Of a stretch of DNA of 62,400 nucleotides, positions 18,352 to 27,985 are shown one piece after another. This DNA comes from a virus. The stretch is from the IMG/VR virus record IMGVR_UViG_3300046718_000268; one strand, 5' to 3'. The notes below the pieces were generated by a model. The model was not told the origin of the DNA, searched no databases, and worked only from the letters and a program-made list of their open reading frames with translations. Each line of letters starts with the position of its first letter. Positions within the stretch are counted from its first letter, which is position 1. The position numbers and the translations under genes were made by a program.

Positions 18352-20427
18352 ATGCCTCCTGTTGTTGTCGCTGTTATAGTTCCAATTGCTATCTCGCTAG
18401 CAGTCAGTGTTGTCTTGACTGTTGCAACGATGCTTTTGTTTCCACCAAAGAAGCCTCCGCCTCCTACAGAAGCTAAGAATAATGTTCCAAAGCCTCAAGA
18501 CGGATCTTTCAATCTTAAACAGAATGTTCCTAGTATTGTTGCTATTCTTGGAACAGTAAAGAAAGGAGGAGATTATATTTTTCTTGAAGAGAGACGCGGA
18601 ACTGCATGGCATGTCATAATTTTAGCAGCACATCGAATTCAAGGCATTGTTAAATATTATCTTCATGATGAAGAAATTCTTGCTTTTAATGCTCAAGGCG
18701 GTGTAATGGTTCCTGATCATTTTACTGCAGATAAAGGCCTATCAGGTGGAAGTAATGTTAAGCTTCTAATGCGTTATGGAAATGATACTGAAGGAGCTTG
18801 GGGCGACATTGTTGAAAATTTTCCAGAACTTTGGACTGAGAATCATCGAGCTGATGGTTTAGCTTCGATGTTGATGGGTTGTAATACAGTCGATCAAGAA
18901 AAATTTCAAGATACATATCCTCAAGGCATGCCTGTTCCAACTGCTGTTATTCAAGGCGCATTACTTTATGATCCGCGTAATCCAGCACATAATCCGAACT
19001 TTCATAATAGCTGGACTTTTTCACAGAATATTGCTTTGATGCGTTTATGGCATCTTACACATCCAATTGGAGCAAAACTTAATATTAACGATCTTTATCT
19101 TCCTGATTGGATTAATGCTGCTAACTGTTGTGACGAACAAATTTTAAATGGACAAGGAGTTTATGAAGCACGTTATTGGGGCGGTATTTGGTTCAAGGCA
19201 GAGACTGATCCTGTTCAAATTGGACAGAAGCTTGACGAGGCCGGGGAGCTTGTGCTATATGAAAGGCCAGACGGCCTAATTGGAGTTCATTCAGGTAAAA
19301 TGGTGCTTCCAGATATCATTATTACTGCGGATGATATTCAAAGTATCTCAATTGATACTAATCGAAGACTTTCGACTACTGTTCTTGCAGTTCGTGGTCG
19401 CTTTACTGATCCAAACAATACTTATAATACAGTCGATGCAGCAATTTGGGGAAATCCGTACATTAGTACGGATGACTCGCAGAGAACTTCGACAGTTGAT
19501 AATGAGACTATTCAAAGTCACAATCTCTGTCAACGTATCCAAAAACTTCGTATGATTCGGGCAAATGCTGTAAAGGTAAATATTACGATTGATTATGATT
19601 TCATCAGTGTGGTTAAAGATATCGCATATCGCCGGTTTGTCAGAGTCGACTATCCAGATCGTGGACTTAATAATGCTATTGTAGAAATTATCGATAGACC
19701 GAAACTTAGTTTGGCTAATCTTAATTATACATTTGATGGAATTGTAGTTCCTGAAGATTTTTATGCGTTTGATTCATCTGAAGAAGGCACACCTCCTGCT
19801 GTTCCTGATACAATTACTGGAACTGGTCCACCAATTCCAACTGGCTTTGGAGTTAGTATTGAAAGAATATCTCTTGATGGTTATACGACAGTTCCTCGAG
19901 CTGTTGCCTCGTGGACTCATGTATCCGATAAATTAGTTTATCAATTACAATGGGTTCCTTCTAATCATAGTCAACCCGAACAAAATGTGAATTCTCAGGC
20001 AGGATCAGATCAAGTTCGTAGTAATTATCTTGTCGATGGTGTTTATTACAATTTCTATCTTCGAAGTTTGTCTAATAATTCATATTCTGATTGGGTCGGG
20101 CCAATTGTATTGCAAGCTATTGCTGATGTTAATCCTCCTGATCCGCCTGTATCGTTAAGTTCTACTAATTTTGGACTTTATGTTCGGATTGATTGGGGAA
20201 CTTCTAATTCAGTTAATTTAAGCTATACTAGTCTTTATCGCGCTTCGACTAATGACTTCTCTTTAGCTAGCGTGATTTATACTTCTTATACTGGACCAGG
20301 AGTTTCGGACGGCTATAACGATACAACAATCGTAATTGGCGGTGGTCCATATTTCTATTGGGTTCAGTCTTTCAATAGTTCTGGTATTCCATCAGATGTG
20401 GTGGGGCCAGTGGTGCAGTATCCGTAA
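18352..20427 (+). CDS. host-specificity / central tail protein (RcGTA g15-like) with C-terminal FN3-like repeats
   Basis: 691 aa, hydrophobic N-terminus, two FN3-like ends (YYNFYLRSLSNNSYSDWVGP; YFYWVQSFNSSGIPSDVVGP). Confidence 0.6.
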   Translation: MPPVVVAVIVPIAISLAVSVVLTVATMLLFPPKKPPPPTEAKNNVPKPQDGSFNLKQNVPSIVAILGTVKKGGDYIFLEERRGTAWHVIILAAHRIQGIVKYYLHDEEILAFNAQGGVMVPDHFTADKGLSGGSNVKLLMRYGNDTEGAWGDIVENFPELWTENHRADGLASMLMGCNTVDQEKFQDTYPQGMPVPTAVIQGALLYDPRNPAHNPNFHNSWTFSQNIALMRLWHLTHPIGAKLNINDLYLPDWINAANCCDEQILNGQGVYEARYWGGIWFKAETDPVQIGQKLDEAGELVLYERPDGLIGVHSGKMVLPDIIITADDIQSISIDTNRRLSTTVLAVRGRFTDPNNTYNTVDAAIWGNPYISTDDSQRTSTVDNETIQSHNLCQRIQKLRMIRANAVKVNITIDYDFISVVKDIAYRRFVRVDYPDRGLNNAIVEIIDRPKLSLANLNYTFDGIVVPEDFYAFDSSEEGTPPAVPDTITGTGPPIPTGFGVSIERISLDGYTTVPRAVASWTHVSDKLVYQLQWVPSNHSQPEQNVNSQAGSDQVRSNYLVDGVYYNFYLRSLSNNSYSDWVGPIVLQAIADVNPPDPPVSLSSTNFGLYVRIDWGTSNSVNLSYTSLYRASTNDFSLASVIYTSYTGPGVSDGYNDTTIVIGGGPYFYWVQSFNSSGIPSDVVGPVVQYP

Positions 20428-20438
20428 AGGGGATTGAA

Positions 20439-23400
20439 ATGGGTACAGTCGCAACTAAAGGCAATACTGCGTGGCGCGACTATGAAACCGATGGCGTACC
20501 GGCTACCGGAGAACATAGGCCTCTCAAGAATGAGATTCGCGATTTTGTCGCTGCTGTTGATGCAGTCGGTGTCGGTGCAGGCATGGGTCTACTGACCTTC
20601 CCGACTTTGGCGGCGATGAACGCTTATACGACTGCGCCGGCGAATACGACAGCGCAATGTCTTCAAGATAACAATATGTATCGATGGGTTAGTCCTACAT
20701 GGACGCTGATTGGGCCGTCGCCGGCCGCTGGGCTGTCGACTGCTCAGGCCGACATCGACGACCTGCAGAGCCGCGTCGGCACAATCGAGCCGATAGTCGC
20801 CACTCACACGACCGAGATCGCGGCACTCACCACTCAGGTCGATGCCAACACTGCGCTGCTGGCCAATCATGAAGAAGCGATTACTGAGATTTGGACAGAG
20901 ACTGATAATACTGCAGATTCTCTTCAGCCGATCCTCGACGCCAATCTCGATGCCCGCGTCACGGTCCTGGAGGAAGTCAACTCGGATGTTCGTCTTGATT
21001 CTTTGGAATCGATTAATGCCGGCCCCCGGCTCGATGCGCTGGAGGACGAGACCGGCGACGATCACCGGCTCGATCAGGTCGAGCATGCCGTTATCGCCCT
21101 GGGCCAGCATGTTTCGACTCTGGATACTCAGGTCCAGGCGGGCAAGGATGACGATCTATTTGATCCAGCAATTTCCGAGATTGCTGTACAATGGTCGTCT
21201 GTAGTTACAGGCGATCCACTCAATCGTCCCTCAATTGCTGCAAGCGAATTTTATGTTTCGTCACATAATGGTACAATGATTCGCATTCAAGGTGCTGCTG
21301 TCCGCGCGCCCCGGGCGGCTTACCGGCTGCTTAATGGTCACAAATATGAAATCCTCGGCGCGGTGCGGCGGGCGAACGATCCAACCGATCCACTGGGCGA
21401 TTCGGTCGCGTTGCGCATGGCATGGTTGAGCAGCGCTAAGGCCCAGATCGCCCAGCAGACCTTGATGACCGGTTCGTTGACGGTATCGATGGGACTGCAG
21501 ATTTACCGGGTGATCGTCTCGCTGGCGGCGGGCGACGAGGTCGACATCGTGGCACCTGCCTCGACCGTCTACATGACTCCGTTCATGCAGACTTGGGGCT
21601 CCGATGGCACGACCGACATCATGCCCTATCTGCGGGTCACCGATCTCACGTCGAATACGCTGATCAGCGCCGATACCGCCGGCATGAATGCCCGAATCTC
21701 GGCGCTGGAGGACATCGATGCCGAAACTCGTTTGACCGCGCTGGAAGCGGCGGTCGACAGCAACAATCTGGTCAATGTCCTGACCTATCAGGGCCTGGAA
21801 GCTGGTGGCGATTTCTCGCCCGCGCTCCAGGCGGCCATGGATTTTGCTGTGGCCAACGGTTTCGAGGGTGTCTATTTCCCGCCGCGCGAGACGCCCTATC
21901 TGCTGAATGATTGCGACGTGCCGCCCAACTGCAAGATATTCGGCCATCCACAGGCGACCCTCAGTCCATTCGGTTACGCCTACACGGTCTTCAATCTGAC
22001 GGGCGACAACATCGAATTCGCCCATCTGAATTGCGTCGGCGTCGGCAATTTCGAGCAAAGGCATCTCGATGGGACGCGCGGCGTCGGAGCCATCGTCTAT
22101 TGCCAGCTTGAAATCGTAACTCCAGGGTCGCCACCCATTCTTGGACTGCAGGCTAACGCCGATAGTACCTATGACGATTTGACGATTGCCGATTGGCAGC
22201 CCAGCACCCCCTATCTCGGGCTCGATGTGAATGGCGATCCGCAGAGCCTCGCCAAGTTGCAGCCGTCCAAGACGATCTGGTCGGCGTTGATCAGCCATAC
22301 GTCCGATCCCAATTCAATGATCAATGACATCATTGCCGGAATCTGGATTGGCACGAATTACGGACTGACCCTTTCCGGTGGCGGGTCGAATTATCGGGCA
22401 ACCGATACCGAGGACCCGGGCGATGACCCGGAAGGGGTCGGCGGACCTTATTTCGATTATCTCGTCACCGAGGCCAACAGCACGACGGGCATTCCTGGAA
22501 CAGGCGGCAAGCTGCGTTGCTATACCGATGCTGCCGAAGGAGTGTCGGGCTCGATCATTCGTGTGCGTGTGACGGCCCAAGGTTCGGGCTATCGGTCAAA
22601 CAGCTTGACCGATCCGAATCGCATTATGCGGGTGGGCAACGCCTATCCGACGACGCGGTGGATCAATGGCCAGAACGTCGATACCGTCACGTTCCCGCCG
22701 CCGATCAATCAGGACATCCGTCCATTCAAGAATTTGATATTGCGCGACAGCAGCTTCCTCTACGGCCAGCTGCCGCTCCAGGCCATCTACTGCACCCATC
22801 TCAAGGTCCTGCGCAACTACATGGGCTATCTGCAGGGCGGCGGCGTCAACCTGATTGATTGCGACGACTACACTATCCAGGACAATTTCATCGAGGAGTG
22901 TTGGGGCTCGCAGTCCAACGGCATTCATGTGGGCAGCTACTCCGGCGATCTCCGGCCGCGCGGGGTCTATCGCGGCGTGATCGCCCACAATAGGGTCCGG
23001 CGCTGCATCGGTGGCGATGGTGTCGGCATCCATGCCAATTCGGCAATGATCGCCAGCTTAGTTATCGATGGTAACATCATGGAGTTGTGCGAGACGGGCT
23101 CGACGCTAAAACATGGCTGGAATTCCAATACCTACACGCCCGGCACTTTCGATGAATTCGATGTTGGCTACCACGGCATCACCTATACGGGGAACGTGAT
23201 CCGGGTCGATACCGGTCATCGTGGCGTTTGTTTCCACAACAACATGCGCGATAACTATCAATTCGTGGTCGATGATTCGAACATTATCGAATCGATTGGT
23301 GGAAAAGTTGGACTCAACGGCGCGGTGACGACCGCCATGACGGTCATCAACTGCATGAATTCGGTTTTCCGACCGGTCATCCTCGGGCGTTTCTATGTCA

Positions 23401-26400
23401 GCATCTGGGTCGATGGGGCCTATCATTGCACCTTCGATCCGGTCACCGACGGGCGTTCTAATGTGAGCATCGATGTTTCCTACGGCCGTGCTCGCCCCTG
23501 TCATCTTTGCCGTTTCCCTGGCGAGTATCTTGCCAACAACGTCGCGCTGCAAATCTATTCAGCCACCAAGCCGATCTTCAACGGCACTCGGGCGCTGGTG
23601 CGCGGCCGGCCGATCAATTCGATCACCATCGTCAATCCTGGCAGCGGCGGTCCGCACAACGCGGTCATTCCCGTCTATCTCCATGGCGGCGGCAACGGCC
23701 TGCAGGTCCAATGCACGGTGGTCAACGGCGTGATCACCAAGGCTTCCTATGTCGCGTCTGCCCAGGAGATGATGTTCGGCGTCGACTACTTCGACGGCGG
23801 CAACGGCACGGTCTACATCAAGGTCAAGCAGAATGGCGGCAGCGGCGCTATCATCAAGGTGCCGATGAGGATGGGTCAGGGGCTCGATCCAATCTCGACC
23901 TACTTCACGGCGTCGATTTCCGGCACAAATCTGGTAGTGTCGGCAATCACGCCATATTCGGTGAGTGCTGGCGTCACGACGCAGACGGAATTGGAGATTG
24001 GACAATACATCAATGGCGATGGCGTGGCGCAAGGGCAGGTTATTCAGGAGCAGCTTTCGGGACCGCCTGGAGGGATTGGCACCTACCGTGTGAAAATCCC
24101 CCAGACTTTGGCCAGCACGCCGATGAAGGCCCTGCTGCCCTTCGCTACCCAGAATGAAGTTGTCCTCGATCTGGTCGACGCCAGCCACGCTGTCGTCGCT
24201 TCGGCCGGCTCCGGCTACCTCAATGGCGGCAACACGACTGCTGATCTTCCATTGCTAGTCGAAATGGGCCAAGACTTTGTCGGTACCGTGACGACCGATG
24301 GAATCGGGGCAGTGATCTCCACTACTATTATCGATGCTGGTGGCCACTTCCGCGACGTGCCTGACTTTACCTTTGAAAGCGGCATCACTTGGGGCTCGAT
24401 TCCTGTGTTGACAGCCGTGCTGCCTACCGGCAACGTCCAGGGGTTGCAACTCAGGAACATCTACGGCGGGCAGATCGCTAATTCCTATTTCGAAGGTGGC
24501 ATCAACGGCGCGTGGCTGTATGGCGAGACGGTCCAGGGGCTCGACATCCTTTCCAGTGAATTCAAGTCCGATATTGGGGAACCTCTGTTGATTGACGGTA
24601 CAGATCATCTCGGAGTCATGCGTGGTATTACCTTGATTTACGGCGATGGCGTGGCGCGCACGGCGGTTACAGTCCCGCAATCGGGCACGGCTGCCTTCAA
24701 GTCCTGGTCGCGCGGCGAGGACAACCTGATCCAATCGACTGCCGTCATCAAGAATATCCACGGCATGACCTCGTCTACGACCTATCGCGTCGCCGGGTCG
24801 GGCTCGTTGACATTCGACAATCGTTCCATTCCGGCAACCTCCAAGGCGCTGACGGCGTCGGTGGCGGCCCCGGCCATTCCGACACTCACTGCCGATGTGA
24901 TGGCCCCGATCAGCAGAGTTGGTACACAAGACCATGCTATCGGGGCCATCGTTCTTCATCTTAACGATGTGACGAACATTGCTATTGGGATGTGGATCGC
25001 GGGCACTATCTTTCCAGGCGTGCCCAATGGCCAACGGGTGGGAAGCATCGATGCTGGATTGAAGACCGTCACTATAACGGCATCATCCCCATATGTACCT
25101 GGACTGGTTGGCCCGATTCCATCCGGCTCGACGTTCTACTTCCACACTGCAAGAATTCCAGTGTCGAGCACAGCCGGCATCGTGGTCGGCCAGCGCGTGA
25201 CCTCGGCCATTGCTGGACTGCGAATTCCCACCAAGGTCCTCGCCGTGGGCGGGGCGCTGCCGGCCGGCGTGGTCGAGCTGGATGGGCCGCTGCTCTACAC
25301 CATGCCGTCCGGCACGACGGTCACCTTTTCAAATACTACGCTCACCGTTGCCAGCGTGACCGGCGTGTCGGCTGGGCAGCTGGCGTCCTGCGCCGGCCTG
25401 CCGACTGCAATTCCATCGACCACCACCGTTGAAAGCGTGAATATCGGAGCCAATACGATCACGCTGAACAACGGCATCGCGGCGGCAATGCCGAGCACGA
25501 CGGTCGTTGCCTTCGCGGCCATATCGAGCAACCTTTATCTGAAGGGCCAGGACACCGTAGTCCTCAATTCAACTGACGACTATGCGACGTTCCTGTGGAA
25601 CAGCACTTTGGGCCGCGCTGAGTTTGTCGGCAGCAACAACGACGCATTCACATCGTTGAATATCGATCAAGGCGTCACTACGGATTACAATCCAATCCTC
25701 TTTGCAACATCGACCTGGAATAACGCTTCGACGATCTTCTTCGGTATCGAGTTGGATATCATCGATCAGGCGAGCGATCCGACTTCGCGCTTGATGGGCT
25801 TCTACGTTGGCCCTGACGAACCGGGTTTGACCGAGGTGTTTGCCGTTCACAAGAATGGTTCCGTCAGCGTCGGTGCTGGCGGGTCCATATCTGTTGGAAT
25901 AGATGTCCGAAAGGATATAACTGGCGCTGCGTCAGCTTATGGAGTTTTCGTTCGTGGTGAGATTCAGCCTGATGTCACAAATCTGGCTTCATGTTTCACG
26001 ACGCAACCAACCGTAGCTCCTGGAGCTACGTTCACTTCGTTCACTCATTTCTACGCCTTTCAAGGGCTGATTTCCCAAGACGCCAATGTCCAGAATCAGT
26101 ACGGCGTCTTAGTTGCAGCAAATCTTATCGATGCTAGCGTTCTTAATGTCGGCCTCTCTAGTGCGCTTCCAATCGGTTCACCGGGTGCTGTCACCGTTAA
26201 CATCACCGCCATGTCCTATTCTGGCGGAACCGTCACAGCGACCACGGCCAGCCCACATGGTGTCTTGGTCGGACAGCTCTTCCGGGTAGATGGCAGCGTT
26301 GCCGCGACTATTCCGGCTGGCTACAACGGCAATCATGTCGCCACTGCCGGCACGACTGGATCGACTTTGAAATGGGCCGCTGCGGCCGATCCGGGTGCAA

Positions 26401-27188
26401 TCGTTGGCGGCGCGTATGGTCAATCCAAGGCAGTCGGCACGTATAATCTGTATTGCCCGGGAACTGCATTCAATCTTGTATTTGGTCCTTTCGGCGTCGG
26501 GTCTGCAAATCTGAGTGGCTACAGCTTCCGGTCCAATCTCGACATGACTGGCGGTGGAACAGTCTTCACTCGTGCCATCGCGGCGTCGGGTACTATCCAA
26601 TCGGATATCACTGGCACAGCAGCGTATTTTGAAGCCGCTCTGGGAACCGCTGCCGCTGCGTTCACAGTTGGATCGATCTACGCCTATCAAGCCTACATCA
26701 GAGTTGGCGGAATCGGTGCCGGTTCGTCGATTACGAACCTCTTTGGGTTCTATGCCAATAGCACGATGGCTCCGGTGAGTGGAGTCACCAACAGCTATGC
26801 CTTCTATGGCCAGTATCCCGTCCAGGCGAACACCTACAACCTCTATATGGCAGGGACCGCCTTCAACTATCTCGGCGGACCTCTTGGTCTCGGTACAACT
26901 GTTCTGACTGGTTATGCTTTTCGTAATACACTTGCTGGAGCGAATTCTTTCACAGGCGATCTAACAATCTATGCTGCGACGGTAGTACCAGCTGGCGGAT
27001 CGATTGGAGTCGGATATAAAATCAGCTCGACAACTAATCTAGGTTGGTTTGTTGGTTCTGGTCCGCCGACTTTAAGCGCTGCTAAAGGATCTGTCTATAG
27101 CAATACGACGGCAATCACAACAACGAGCCGTGTCTATGTCAATATCGATGGCGGAACGACATGGGCCAACTTTACGGCTTCGGCTTAG
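20439..27188 (+). CDS. giant tail fibre / tailspike (2249 aa) with pectate-lyase-like beta-helix segment
   Basis: Fibre-type N-terminus and LE/LD coiled repeats. FSPALQAAMDFAVANGFEGVYFPPRETPYLL resembles a Pectate_lyase_3 start. Repeated C-terminal modules (TYNLYCPGTAFNLVFGPFGVGSANLSGYSFRSNL / TYNLYMAGTAFNYLGGPLGLGTTVLTGYAFRNTL). Confidence 0.8.
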   Translation: MGTVATKGNTAWRDYETDGVPATGEHRPLKNEIRDFVAAVDAVGVGAGMGLLTFPTLAAMNAYTTAPANTTAQCLQDNNMYRWVSPTWTLIGPSPAAGLSTAQADIDDLQSRVGTIEPIVATHTTEIAALTTQVDANTALLANHEEAITEIWTETDNTADSLQPILDANLDARVTVLEEVNSDVRLDSLESINAGPRLDALEDETGDDHRLDQVEHAVIALGQHVSTLDTQVQAGKDDDLFDPAISEIAVQWSSVVTGDPLNRPSIAASEFYVSSHNGTMIRIQGAAVRAPRAAYRLLNGHKYEILGAVRRANDPTDPLGDSVALRMAWLSSAKAQIAQQTLMTGSLTVSMGLQIYRVIVSLAAGDEVDIVAPASTVYMTPFMQTWGSDGTTDIMPYLRVTDLTSNTLISADTAGMNARISALEDIDAETRLTALEAAVDSNNLVNVLTYQGLEAGGDFSPALQAAMDFAVANGFEGVYFPPRETPYLLNDCDVPPNCKIFGHPQATLSPFGYAYTVFNLTGDNIEFAHLNCVGVGNFEQRHLDGTRGVGAIVYCQLEIVTPGSPPILGLQANADSTYDDLTIADWQPSTPYLGLDVNGDPQSLAKLQPSKTIWSALISHTSDPNSMINDIIAGIWIGTNYGLTLSGGGSNYRATDTEDPGDDPEGVGGPYFDYLVTEANSTTGIPGTGGKLRCYTDAAEGVSGSIIRVRVTAQGSGYRSNSLTDPNRIMRVGNAYPTTRWINGQNVDTVTFPPPINQDIRPFKNLILRDSSFLYGQLPLQAIYCTHLKVLRNYMGYLQGGGVNLIDCDDYTIQDNFIEECWGSQSNGIHVGSYSGDLRPRGVYRGVIAHNRVRRCIGGDGVGIHANSAMIASLVIDGNIMELCETGSTLKHGWNSNTYTPGTFDEFDVGYHGITYTGNVIRVDTGHRGVCFHNNMRDNYQFVVDDSNIIESIGGKVGLNGAVTTAMTVINCMNSVFRPVILGRFYVSIWVDGAYHCTFDPVTDGRSNVSIDVSYGRARPCHLCRFPGEYLANNVALQIYSATKPIFNGTRALVRGRPINSITIVNPGSGGPHNAVIPVYLHGGGNGLQVQCTVVNGVITKASYVASAQEMMFGVDYFDGGNGTVYIKVKQNGGSGAIIKVPMRMGQGLDPISTYFTASISGTNLVVSAITPYSVSAGVTTQTELEIGQYINGDGVAQGQVIQEQLSGPPGGIGTYRVKIPQTLASTPMKALLPFATQNEVVLDLVDASHAVVASAGSGYLNGGNTTADLPLLVEMGQDFVGTVTTDGIGAVISTTIIDAGGHFRDVPDFTFESGITWGSIPVLTAVLPTGNVQGLQLRNIYGGQIANSYFEGGINGAWLYGETVQGLDILSSEFKSDIGEPLLIDGTDHLGVMRGITLIYGDGVARTAVTVPQSGTAAFKSWSRGEDNLIQSTAVIKNIHGMTSSTTYRVAGSGSLTFDNRSIPATSKALTASVAAPAIPTLTADVMAPISRVGTQDHAIGAIVLHLNDVTNIAIGMWIAGTIFPGVPNGQRVGSIDAGLKTVTITASSPYVPGLVGPIPSGSTFYFHTARIPVSSTAGIVVGQRVTSAIAGLRIPTKVLAVGGALPAGVVELDGPLLYTMPSGTTVTFSNTTLTVASVTGVSAGQLASCAGLPTAIPSTTTVESVNIGANTITLNNGIAAAMPSTTVVAFAAISSNLYLKGQDTVVLNSTDDYATFLWNSTLGRAEFVGSNNDAFTSLNIDQGVTTDYNPILFATSTWNNASTIFFGIELDIIDQASDPTSRLMGFYVGPDEPGLTEVFAVHKNGSVSVGAGGSISVGIDVRKDITGAASAYGVFVRGEIQPDVTNLASCFTTQPTVAPGATFTSFTHFYAFQGLISQDANVQNQYGVLVAANLIDASVLNVGLSSALPIGSPGAVTVNITAMSYSGGTVTATTASPHGVLVGQLFRVDGSVAATIPAGYNGNHVATAGTTGSTLKWAAAADPGAIVGGAYGQSKAVGTYNLYCPGTAFNLVFGPFGVGSANLSGYSFRSNLDMTGGGTVFTRAIAASGTIQSDITGTAAYFEAALGTAAAAFTVGSIYAYQAYIRVGGIGAGSSITNLFGFYANSTMAPVSGVTNSYAFYGQYPVQANTYNLYMAGTAFNYLGGPLGLGTTVLTGYAFRNTLAGANSFTGDLTIYAATVVPAGGSIGVGYKISSTTNLGWFVGSGPPTLSAAKGSVYSNTTAITTTSRVYVNIDGGTTWANFTASA

Positions 27189-27197
27189 GAGATTCAA

Positions 27198-27527
27198 ATG
27201 GTAAATACATATTCTTGGAAAATCGGTCAAATGGATGTTTCTTCAACACCTGTGGACGGACATGACGATTGTGTCGTAACTGTCCACTATTGGGTGCATG
27301 GAACCGACACGTTCCGAACAGCTGAAGTCCAATGGGCGGAAGGTATTACCTATAATCCTTCTGCAGAATACATTCCGTTCGCGAATCTAACGGAAGTTAT
27401 AGTCATCAAATGGGTGCAGGATCAAATTGGCGAAGAAGGCGTTGCGAATGCTTGTCTTCAAATCGACGCTCTTCTTAAGCAAATGGAAACTGAAGTAATT
27501 CCTAAAAGCAATCCATGGAGTTCATAG
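27198..27527 (+). CDS. hypothetical protein (109 aa)
   Basis: ORF with GGAGA RBS after the fibre gene. Confidence 0.45.
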   Translation: MVNTYSWKIGQMDVSSTPVDGHDDCVVTVHYWVHGTDTFRTAEVQWAEGITYNPSAEYIPFANLTEVIVIKWVQDQIGEEGVANACLQIDALLKQMETEVIPKSNPWSS

Positions 27528-27985
27528 AAATGAACATTAAAATCACTCTTGGAATGGCGATGTCTGCTGTCGTTCCGCTTAATAAACTAGCAACAATGGA
27601 AATGCCGGCAATACAGGCATTTTTCTTGACTAAACGGGCAGTGTGGTTATCAGAAGAACATGCTGTCTTTATTCAGGTACAGAATTCTCTTGTCAAACGT
27701 TATGGAATAGAAGATTCTGAACATCCGGGCAATTATAAAATCGAACCAACTATGCCTGGTTGGCAATTTTATGTTGAACAGATGAACGCAGTTCTAAGTG
27801 AGGAAATTGAATTTCCGTTCGATCCACTTCCAATTAGTGAATGGAAATTTAATCTAACGCCGCAAGATATTTTTACTCTTGGATTTATTTTCGACGGTGG
27901 TGTTGAACCTTTGTCGGATGAAACTCGTGCTCGACGTACGCGATTGCAACGACTGGCAGAGACTGGAAGTCGAACGCTACAATAG
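27515..27985 (+). CDS. hypothetical protein (start 27515 or 27530)
   Basis: Last + strand ORF of the structural arm; its 3' end overlaps the convergent polymerase gene by 9 nt. Confidence 0.45.
   Translation: MEFIEMNIKITLGMAMSAVVPLNKLATMEMPAIQAFFLTKRAVWLSEEHAVFIQVQNSLVKRYGIEDSEHPGNYKIEPTMPGWQFYVEQMNAVLSEEIEFPFDPLPISEWKFNLTPQDIFTLGFIFDGGVEPLSDETRARRTRLQRLAETGSRTLQ

Noticed and set aside
20589-26690. Many long antisense or alternative-frame ORFs inside the fibre gene (for example 21261..22298 -, 23507..24157 +, 24255..25034 -)
   Set aside because: They lie within a GC-rich gene where stop codons are rare. Their translations are Arg/Gly/Pro-rich nonsense, and the 2249-aa + frame is continuous and protein-like.
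20439-27188. Diversity-generating retroelement targeting the fibre C-terminal repeats
   Set aside because: No reverse transcriptase gene is present, and there is no template/variable repeat pair with adenine-specific differences. The repeated modules differ at all base types.
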